DNA of 64,000 nucleotides from an uncultured Chthoniobacterales bacterium (GTDB lineage Bacteria; Verrucomicrobiota; Verrucomicrobiia; Chthoniobacterales; JAATET01): NCBI GenBank assembly GCA_964247025.1, contig CAXTSM010000001.1, positions 25,310 to 89,309 of the forward strand, read 5' to 3'. Shown piece by piece: positions 46,350 to 53,559 of this stretch (position 1 is its first letter; each line of letters starts with the position of its first letter). The notes under the pieces were generated by a model. It saw only the letters and a program-made list of their open reading frames with translations, ran no database searches and was not told where the DNA came from. The position numbers and the translations under genes were made by a program.

Positions 46350-47612
46350 TTAGAAGTAGGTCGGCAGCACGGGAGTTCCCTCGCCCTCGCGGGAGACGTT
46401 CAGGGTGCCGATCTTGATTCCGGCCGCGGTCGCGTCGAAGTTCGTGATCCGGTTCTTCAGCGCCGTGTAGAAGTTGAAGATCGTTCCGCTCGTGAGCGTC
46501 GACCGGCGGAGGATGTGGGAGTAGGCCCACAGCGTGTATTGACCTTCCTGGATGGCCAGATCGCTTTCCGTCACACCGTTCCATTTCAGCTCGACGCCGC
46601 GATTTGCGGCTGGAACCGGGGCCTGGAGGACCTTGGTGTTCGCATCGCCCTCGGTGAGATAACCGATGTAGTAGGCGGCGGTGCCGGTGCCGTTGTAGGT
46701 CTGCGCGGCGGCGGTGCTCAGGACGGTGGTCAAAGCCGGAGCCAGGTTGGCGCCGGTCGTGAATCCGCTGTTCCCGGCGACGCCGCTGTCCACGCCGCTC
46801 ACGGTCTCACGCGGCCAGAGGGCGTGCGAGGTGACGGTGCCGCCGTAGGTCAGGCTGCCCGAGGTGGTCTGCCCGGAGTAGACCGGCTTGTATTGCTTGA
46901 CCGTGGCGTTCACGCCGAGGCCGGCCTCGGTGAGCGTGATGTAGCGCTGTCCCGCGTCGGTGTTGCGGCCGACGGCGTAGACGACCTTGTCTTCGTCGGC
47001 GTTGTTGCCCGTGAAGAGCGCCAGCGGCAGGGCGCCGTTGGAATACAGGGCCTGGGCAAGCTGCGACGTGATGTTGGCGCCGGCCGCCGGGAAGCCCGGG
47101 CTGGCCGCATACTTCAGGGGAATCACGCCGGTGAGCGAATCGACCAGGTTCGCGTAGGTCACGCCCTGGTAGGTGCCGCGGAAGGGCGAGGTGCTCTGGA
47201 AGTTCGACGAGACGATGAAGCTCGGGACCTGCTGGTCCGGCGTGCCGGCGGTGTAGGTCGCGGGGTTGCTGATGTCGTTCGCGCTGCTCTGGCCGCTGGC
47301 CGTGCTCGGCAGGAAGCCGACGGTCTGGTTACCGGCGAGCGCCTTGATGGCGCCGGTGGCCCCGATGAAGGAGACCTTGATGGTGTAACTTTCGCCGCTG
47401 TAGGTGCCGGTCCAGATGCCGTAGTTCGCCGAGGTGGGCGCCGCGCTTCCCACGAAGGAGGAGCTCGTCAGCAGATTGCCGATGGCGGTCTGGGTGGCGG
47501 TGCGGTCGCCGTTCGAGCCGGCGAGATAGATGGTGGTGGCGGCGCTGAGCGAGTGGCCCAGCGTCAGGCCGGCGAGCCCGAGGGCGAAGGTTTTAACGAA
47601 TGTTGATTTCAT
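46350..47612 (-). CDS. Secreted protein, possibly type-2 periplasmic-binding (PstS-like) fold; paralog of 50462..51703
   Basis: Signal peptide MKSTFVKTFALGLAGLTLGHSLSAA. TIYLAGSNGDRTATQTAI resembles the first strand-loop of PstS-like binding proteins. It shares the motifs GRNTDAGQR/GRDPDSGTR and GQYTLW with the paralog. Confidence 0.55.
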   Translation of the reverse strand: MKSTFVKTFALGLAGLTLGHSLSAATTIYLAGSNGDRTATQTAIGNLLTSSSFVGSAAPTSANYGIWTGTYSGESYTIKVSFIGATGAIKALAGNQTVGFLPSTASGQSSANDISNPATYTAGTPDQQVPSFIVSSNFQSTSPFRGTYQGVTYANLVDSLTGVIPLKYAASPGFPAAGANITSQLAQALYSNGALPLALFTGNNADEDKVVYAVGRNTDAGQRYITLTEAGLGVNATVKQYKPVYSGQTTSGSLTYGGTVTSHALWPRETVSGVDSGVAGNSGFTTGANLAPALTTVLSTAAAQTYNGTGTAAYYIGYLTEGDANTKVLQAPVPAANRGVELKWNGVTESDLAIQEGQYTLWAYSHILRRSTLTSGTIFNFYTALKNRITNFDATAAGIKIGTLNVSREGEGTPVLPTYF

Positions 47613-47648
47613 GATGAGATTTGATGGAAGTTTGATGGTTGGTTTCGA

Positions 47649-48437
47649 TTAATCGCGGGAGACCCGGCGGCGGCCGCGGACGGCGATCGCGAGTCCGGCG
47701 ACGGCGACACCCATGAGGGCGACGGCGGACGGTTCCGGAACGGCCGTGTAGGTCACCAAGCCCGAGGTGTTGATTTTAAACGTCCCCAGCGGGATGGCCG
47801 CGGAGCCGTTGACCGCGTTGAGCTGGTAGAAGTTCAGGGTCGCATCCGCCGAGGCGACGCCGCCGGCAAAGTTTCCTTCGATTTCATCGAAGCGGGTGAA
47901 ATCGAGGGTGCCGGTGAAGGAGGAATTCCACGCGTTCGGATCGGTGATCGATTGGATGGTGCCCTTGGCGATGCTCGTGTTCTCCGTGCTGGCGAGATAA
48001 CCCCGGGCGACGTCCTGGAACCTGGAGATCGTCGTGCCGGTGTTGCTCGGCGACCGCCCGGTGAATTCCGTCGGGCTCGAGGCAGGCTGGGAAACGAAGA
48101 GGACTTTTGGATCGTTGCCGGTGTCGTAGGACGTGCCGACGACCCCCCACTGCACGTTGTTTCCTTCCCCGCGGTCCGTTTTCCAGCTCGCGGTGAAGAC
48201 CGACACGAGATCGGCTCCCAGATTCCCCACCGTGAAGGTGGCTCCGTTGGCGAGGGTGAATTGCGAGGCTTGTCCGATGTTCAGGACGATATCCTGAGCC
48301 TGTCCCGCGCCGCCGAGGGCCCGGAAGCCGAGGAAAAGATCCCCGGGCGTGTAGGTGAGCGCCGCCCGAGCCGAATGGCCGGCAAGCGTCGCGCCGACCG
48401 CGACGAGCGCGGTGGTGACGAGTGATTTGAATTTCAT
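47649..48437 (-). CDS. PEP-CTERM sorting-domain protein; paralog of 49596..50426
   Basis: It has a signal peptide, a conserved N-terminal block (YTPGDLFLGF...QDIVLNIGQASQF...GADL), and a C-terminal VPEPSAVALMGVAVAGLAIAVRGRRR. Confidence 0.9.
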   Translation of the reverse strand: MKFKSLVTTALVAVGATLAGHSARAALTYTPGDLFLGFRALGGAGQAQDIVLNIGQASQFTLANGATFTVGNLGADLVSVFTASWKTDRGEGNNVQWGVVGTSYDTGNDPKVLFVSQPASSPTEFTGRSPSNTGTTISRFQDVARGYLASTENTSIAKGTIQSITDPNAWNSSFTGTLDFTRFDEIEGNFAGGVASADATLNFYQLNAVNGSAAIPLGTFKINTSGLVTYTAVPEPSAVALMGVAVAGLAIAVRGRRRVSRD

Positions 48438-48523
48438 GAGTTTTCTATTTGTGGATTTCGGTTGCGGCAGCCGCCCGGATTTGTCGTCCGGAAGGCGCCG
48501 ATAAATTCTACCCGTTGGTCGGA

Positions 48524-48583
48524 ACGAATAACGATTGGTTTGATCGCTATTCGTGAATTAGGTTATGCGATTGGATTGGTCAA
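48524..48583 (-). promoter_or_regulatory. Candidate promoter plus dyad operator for the minus-strand PEP-CTERM/PstS-like operon
   Basis: The minus strand reads TTGACC (48583-48578), 17 nt, TAATTC (48560-48555). This is followed directly by ACGAATAGCGAT-caaacca-ATCGTTATTCGT (48554-48524; 12-nt arms, one mismatch). Confidence 0.5.
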
Positions 48584-48626
48584 CCTTTAAAACGTCCAAA
48601 AAAATTCCGGCGTGTCATAACGTCGC

Positions 48627-48642
48627 GTGACGATTTCGTCAC
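48627..48642. promoter_or_regulatory. Perfect 16-bp palindrome GTGACGAttTCGTCAC upstream of the plus-strand module
   Basis: The 7-bp arms with a 2-nt centre are too tight for an RNA hairpin, so a DNA-binding site is more likely. It lies 48 nt upstream of ATG 48690. Confidence 0.4.
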
Positions 48643-48689
48643 CGAAAGCCGATTGCCCGGCGTTCGTTCGCGCGCCTTAAGGTGGCGTC

Positions 48690-49469
48690 ATGAGAGTCGC
48701 TCCTGGAAATCGATCCCGCGGAGGAATTTCCTTCGTCACGCTCATCACGACCGGCGGGCTGGCTCTTTCCCTGGGAGTGAACGTCCTTTTGATCGGCCGG
48801 ATGAATTCCGCGTCTTCCGGGCCGGCTTTTTCCGCGGGGATCGAAGAACCCGCCCCCGTCTCCGCGGCCCCCGCGCCGTCCAGCGCGTCCCCCGTTCGAA
48901 AATCCACCGCTCCCGCTGCCGTCTCGACCACCGCGGGCTCGACGGCCGATCTCGGCCGCCGAGATGCCTCCCGAACCACCGGAGCATCGAGTCCGATGGC
49001 CGCACCCCGCTCCGTCGGGCCGACTTGGTCGAACAAGTCGATCCCGTCATCCGGTGGAGGTTTCGTTCCGGACATCGTCGCGGGAAGCCAGGGCTTCCCG
49101 GGGGCGTCGGCTCCGAGGTCGTCGACGCCGGTGGCCGGCTCCCGATCTTCTTCTCCGTCGTCTTCGGCGGAATCCCCCTCCGAGGCCGAGACCATCATGG
49201 CCCCGGACGATCGAGTCCCCGCGCCGATCGTCTTCGCCGAGCCCGCGTCGCCGCGGGACCTGACGCCCGCGAAACGGGCCGCCCGGGACTCCCTTCAACG
49301 GGATTTCGTCGCGCGACTCGGTCTCCAGGACCCCGCGGATCCCGACTACGCCTCCCGCTGGGAGAACGCGCGCACGGCCAGCAACGAGCAGTTCCGGGCG
49401 CGATTCGGCGACATGGCGTTCCTCCAGCTTCAACGCGAGCAGATGGCCCGTCACTCCGACGAGCCGTAG
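48690..49469 (+). CDS. Membrane-anchored Pro/Ser/Ala-rich hypothetical protein (259 aa); paralog of 45538..46263
   Basis: AAGGTGG lies 8 nt upstream of the ATG. TM helix ISFVTLITTGGLALSLGVNVLLIG, a low-complexity linker, and the shared C-terminal motif. Confidence 0.65.
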   Translation: MRVAPGNRSRGGISFVTLITTGGLALSLGVNVLLIGRMNSASSGPAFSAGIEEPAPVSAAPAPSSASPVRKSTAPAAVSTTAGSTADLGRRDASRTTGASSPMAAPRSVGPTWSNKSIPSSGGGFVPDIVAGSQGFPGASAPRSSTPVAGSRSSSPSSSAESPSEAETIMAPDDRVPAPIVFAEPASPRDLTPAKRAARDSLQRDFVARLGLQDPADPDYASRWENARTASNEQFRARFGDMAFLQLQREQMARHSDEP

Positions 49470-49595
49470 GCGGCCTTCGCCTCCGCAAGGTGACGAAATC
49501 TTAACCTTGCTCCCATTGTGCCCGGCCGCGGTTCTCCCTTTTCTCCGCCCCGGACGCAAATGCGACCACACCAACTCCAAAACCCATATCCCGAA

Positions 49596-50426
49596 ATGAA
49601 AAAACCTTCTCTGCTCAAGAGCGCCCTGCTGACCCTCGTCGGCGTCGGGTTGCTCGCTTCGCCCGCGGGCGCCGCAACCACGACCTATTCGCCGGACGAC
49701 CTCTTCATCGGCTTCTTCGACAAATCCGGTGAAGCCACCAAGGATTACCTGGTGAACCTCGGGCAGGCCTCCGCCTTCCGCGACGCCGCTCCCGGCATCA
49801 CGCTCTCGCTCGGCACCTTCGGCGCCGATCTCGACCTGGCTTTCGGCGACGGCTGGGAGGACAACCAGAACGTCAGCTGGTTCGTCTTTGGCGGCACCCA
49901 CCTCGCGCCCGTCGGCGCCGATCCGAACTACACGCTGTATGTCTCCGGAGCCCGGAACGACGCGAACACCCCCTTCGCTCCCTACCAGGTGGGCGCCACG
50001 AACGGCCAGGGCGTCGTCGCCGGCCAGATCAAGGGAGTCGGCAACGCCTACTTCAAGAAAAACGGCTCGGTCCAGACCCTCACGGCCAGCGGCGGCCTGC
50101 TGCAGAACACCACGCAGTCCAACAGCCTCTTCAGCCAGACCGGCGTGGGCGGCACGATCTTCGGCGGCTACGACACGGCCAACTTCGCCAACGGCACCGG
50201 GAACAGCGTGCTCGATCTCTTCCGCCTCCCCGGCGACCAGGAGACCACCGACCCAGCCAACCCGATCTACGGCCGGAATGTCGGGAAATTCACGATCACC
50301 GACGCCGGCACCGTCACCTTCAAGGCTTCCGCCGTCCCCGAGCCCTCCACCTACGGTCTCATCATGGGCGCCGGCGCCCTCCTGCTCGTCGCCATCCGCC
50401 GCGCGCGCCAGATCCGCCCCGCCTGA
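49596..50426 (+). CDS. PEP-CTERM sorting-domain protein
   Basis: ATG at 49596 (MKKPSLLKSALLTLVGVGLLASPAGA). YSPDDLFIGF...KDYLVNLGQASAF...GADL, and a C-terminal VPEPSTYGLIMGAGALLLVAIRRAR. Confidence 0.9.
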   Translation: MKKPSLLKSALLTLVGVGLLASPAGAATTTYSPDDLFIGFFDKSGEATKDYLVNLGQASAFRDAAPGITLSLGTFGADLDLAFGDGWEDNQNVSWFVFGGTHLAPVGADPNYTLYVSGARNDANTPFAPYQVGATNGQGVVAGQIKGVGNAYFKKNGSVQTLTASGGLLQNTTQSNSLFSQTGVGGTIFGGYDTANFANGTGNSVLDLFRLPGDQETTDPANPIYGRNVGKFTITDAGTVTFKASAVPEPSTYGLIMGAGALLLVAIRRARQIRPA

Positions 50427-50461
50427 TCTCCCATTCTCCACTCCCAACCCACATCCATAAA

Positions 50462-51703
50462 ATGAAACCATCCCACATCCTCACCACGGGCGCGTGCCTC
50501 CTGGCGTTCGCCGGCCTGGCCTCTGCCGTCCCGACGGTCATCACGATCACGGGCTCCAGCGCCTACCGCGGTCCGGTCCACACCGCGATCGTCAAGGTCC
50601 TCAACGGCACCGTCGACACCTCCGGCGCGACCCCGCTCGCGAGCCTGCCGTCGAACGGCGGCACCGGCGGCTTCGCCGTCGCCGACTCCAGCAACTTCAC
50701 CAAGGGCAACGGCGCGACCTTCCGCGGCTACATCGGCGGTGATTCTTCCAAGGAGGTGATCATCAAGACCTCGTGGACCGGCTCCGCCGCCGGCATCCAG
50801 ACGGTCGCCTCGACGAATGCCAGCTTCACGGTGCGCGTCCTTCCCGCCGCCACCACGCTCGCCACCACCGGCCACTTCGGCCTCGACGATCCCACCGATG
50901 CCTCGAAGGCGGCGGACACCGTCGTCCCCGACGTCGCGATGGCGGACAACAAGCAGTCCTCGACGCCCTTCACCGGCACCTTCTCCGGCGAACCCTACAC
51001 GACCCTCACCGCCACCAAGGTCGGCGTGGTTGCCTTCCAGTTCGTGCGCGCCAAGGGCACGCCGACCACGGTCGCGAACATGACGCCACAGATCGCCAAG
51101 GCGCTCTGGAGCGGCACGGGCAAGCTCCCGTTGTCGTTCTTCACCGGCGTCGGCACCGACACCACCCTGGTCTACGCGACCGGTCGCGACCCTGACTCCG
51201 GCACGCGCATCGACACTTTCGCCGAGACCGGCGTCGGCATCGACAGCGTCGTCGTCCAATACGACTGCGCCACGGAGGCGCCCTACATCGCGCAGACCGT
51301 GAACGGCATCGACTACGACGCCGGCCAGGGCGGCGAAAAAAGCGGCGGCACGCTCGCGAAGAACGGCAAGATGGCGAAGACCGGCCTCGCGAAATATTAC
51401 GTCGGCTACATGAGCACCGGCGACGCGGCGGATCTCGCCACGAACTCCGGCATCGCCCCGGCCACCGCGACCCTCACCTACAACGGCGTCGCCTACACCA
51501 AGACCGCCGTTCAGCAGGGCCAGTATACCCTCTGGGGCAACGAATACCTCGCCTACAAGCCGAGCCTCGCCACCCCCGCCGGCAACGTGAAGATCACCTT
51601 CGCCACCACCCTTCGCGACCAGATCCTCAACACCGACGCCTCCATCCTCATCTCGAGCATGAAGGTGCAGCGCAATGGCGACGGCGAGACCGTCGTCCAG
51701 TAA
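50462..51703 (+). CDS. Secreted protein, possibly type-2 periplasmic-binding (PstS-like) fold
   Basis: Signal peptide MKPSHILTTGACLLAFAGLASA. VITITGSSAYRGPVHTAI, GRDPDSGTR and GQYTLWGNEYLAY are present. It is a paralog of 46350..47612. Confidence 0.55.
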   Translation: MKPSHILTTGACLLAFAGLASAVPTVITITGSSAYRGPVHTAIVKVLNGTVDTSGATPLASLPSNGGTGGFAVADSSNFTKGNGATFRGYIGGDSSKEVIIKTSWTGSAAGIQTVASTNASFTVRVLPAATTLATTGHFGLDDPTDASKAADTVVPDVAMADNKQSSTPFTGTFSGEPYTTLTATKVGVVAFQFVRAKGTPTTVANMTPQIAKALWSGTGKLPLSFFTGVGTDTTLVYATGRDPDSGTRIDTFAETGVGIDSVVVQYDCATEAPYIAQTVNGIDYDAGQGGEKSGGTLAKNGKMAKTGLAKYYVGYMSTGDAADLATNSGIAPATATLTYNGVAYTKTAVQQGQYTLWGNEYLAYKPSLATPAGNVKITFATTLRDQILNTDASILISSMKVQRNGDGETVVQ

Positions 51704-51725
51704 TCAACCAACCATCCCGATCAGC

Positions 51726-51767
51726 GGCCGCCCGCGGGTTTCCTTCCCGCGGGTGGTCCGCGTTTTC
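51726..51767 (+). terminator. Probable terminator after the plus-strand accessory module
   Basis: CCCGCGGG-tttcctt-CCCGCGGG (8-bp GC stem, extendable with G-U pairs to 51726-51758), followed by CGCGTTTTC. Confidence 0.5.
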
Positions 51768-51796
51768 ACCCTGAGCGCATCGCCCGCGGAAATTCG

Positions 51797-51848
51797 TTGA
51801 CGTCCGCGATCCCTCATCCCAAATATACGATACGTTAGATCGTTATTC
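51797..51848 (+). promoter_or_regulatory. Candidate promoter plus dyad operator of the tpsB-exbB-exbD-tonB operon
   Basis: TTGACG (51797-51802), 18 nt, AAATAT. This overlaps AATATACGAT-acgttag-ATCGTTATTC (51822-51848). The core ACGAT-N7-ATCGT is identical to the element at 32511-32527. Confidence 0.45.
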
Positions 51849-51910
51849 ATCCGCCTCCGGGTGGATCGATTTTCGTTTCTCGGTTTCGCACCGGATCAAC
51901 CGACCATTCC

Positions 51911-53548
51911 GTGATCAGCCGCCGACAGCTCCATCCGCCCCCGCCCCGCCTTCTCGCGGCGGTGATCGGATGGCCGTGCCGCTGGGCGGTCATTTTCCTC
52001 GGCGGGATTTTTTCCGTCTCGGGCCAGACGCCCGCCCCGCCGACGCCGACGCCCGCCCCGGAAGCCACCTTCATCCGGGAGTTCCGCGTGCGGGGCTCGA
52101 AGGTCCTGCCGCCCGCCCAGGTCGAGGAGGCGGTCTATCCCTACCTTGGTCCCGGCCGCACCGCCGACGACGTCGAGCAGGCCCGCGCGGCGCTCGAAAA
52201 AACGTATCAGGACCAGGGTTTTCAAACCGTCTCCGTCGACATTCCGCCGCAGCAGGTCCGCGGCGGCGTCGTCTATCTTTCGGTCACGGAAAACACCGTC
52301 GGCCGCCTGCGCGTGAAGGGCTCCCGTTATTTTTCGCTCGAGCAGATCCGCCGCGGCGCGCCGTCCCTCGCCGAGGGCAGGGTCCCGAATTTCAACGCCG
52401 TGGCGCGCGACATCGTCTCGCTCAACCAGATGGCCGACCGCCGGATCACGCCCACCCTGCGGCCCGGCGTCGAGCCCGGCACGGTGGATGTCGATCTCGA
52501 GGTGAAGGACAAGTTTCCGCTCCACGGCAGCCTCGAGTTGAACAACCGCTACAGCGCGAACACGACCCCGCTCCGCCTGAACGGCGCGGTGAGCTACACG
52601 AACCTCTGGCAGCTCGGCCACACCGCCGGATTCAGCTTCCAGATCGCGCCGCAGGATCTCGAAGACGCGGTCGTTTATTCCGGCTACTACATCGCGCGCA
52701 TTCCCGGCGTCGACTGGTTCGGCCTCATGGTCCAGGCCACGCGGCAGAACAGCAACATCTCGACCCTCGGCGGCGGCGCCTCCGCCGGCAACGGCGTGAC
52801 CGCGGGCCTCCGGCTCCTGTTCACGCTGCCCGCGCCGAACACGACCGGTTTCTACCACTCGCTCAGCGCCGGCTTCGACTACAAGCACCTCGAGCAGGAC
52901 TTCATCCTCGACGGCGTCGCGACCGGCTCGCCCATCACCTACTACCCGGTCTCGCTCGATTACAACGCCGCCCTCGCCACGGCGAAATCCACCACCGAGC
53001 TGAGCCTCGGCATCGTCTTCGGCACGCGCGGCGCCGGCAGCAACACGGCCGAGTTCGACTCTCGCCGCTTCGACGCCGACGGCTCGTTTTTCTACCTGCG
53101 CGGCGACCTCTCGCACACCCAGGACCTGCCCTGGGGCTTCCAGGCCTTCGGCCAGGTCCAGGGCCAGGCCTCCGCCGACGCGCTCGTCGACAGCGAGCAG
53201 TTCAGCGGCGGCGGCCTCGACACCGTGCGCGGCTACCTCGAGTCCACCGTGCTCGGCGACAGCGCGATCATTGGCTCGTTCGAGTTCCGCAGTCCGTCGC
53301 TGCCCAAGGTCTTCGGCCTCGACGAATGGCGCGTCTACACCTTCGTGGAGGGCGGCTCGCTCACCCTCAACGACCCGCTGCCCGAGCAGATCTCGCGCTT
53401 CGACCTCGCCAGCGTCGGCGCGGGCAGCCGCGTCAAGCTGCTGAATTACCTGAACGGCTCCATCGACCTCGGCGTGCCGATGATCAGCCAGACCGAGAGC
53501 CCCGCCGGCAGCCTCCGCGCGACCTTCCGCGTCTGGGGCGAATTTTGA
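51911..53548 (+). CDS. TpsB-type outer-membrane transporter (ShlB/FhaC/HecB family; POTRA plus 16-strand barrel)
   Basis: GTG start with a signal peptide. POTRA-like region IREFRVRGSKVLP...VYLSVTENTVGRLRVKG. Barrel region with SLELNNRYS, the loop-6 motif GGLDTVRGY, and a C-terminal ...RVWGEF. Confidence 0.9.
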   Translation: MISRRQLHPPPPRLLAAVIGWPCRWAVIFLGGIFSVSGQTPAPPTPTPAPEATFIREFRVRGSKVLPPAQVEEAVYPYLGPGRTADDVEQARAALEKTYQDQGFQTVSVDIPPQQVRGGVVYLSVTENTVGRLRVKGSRYFSLEQIRRGAPSLAEGRVPNFNAVARDIVSLNQMADRRITPTLRPGVEPGTVDVDLEVKDKFPLHGSLELNNRYSANTTPLRLNGAVSYTNLWQLGHTAGFSFQIAPQDLEDAVVYSGYYIARIPGVDWFGLMVQATRQNSNISTLGGGASAGNGVTAGLRLLFTLPAPNTTGFYHSLSAGFDYKHLEQDFILDGVATGSPITYYPVSLDYNAALATAKSTTELSLGIVFGTRGAGSNTAEFDSRRFDADGSFFYLRGDLSHTQDLPWGFQAFGQVQGQASADALVDSEQFSGGGLDTVRGYLESTVLGDSAIIGSFEFRSPSLPKVFGLDEWRVYTFVEGGSLTLNDPLPEQISRFDLASVGAGSRVKLLNYLNGSIDLGVPMISQTESPAGSLRATFRVWGEF

Positions 53549-53559
53549 TTTTCTCAATT

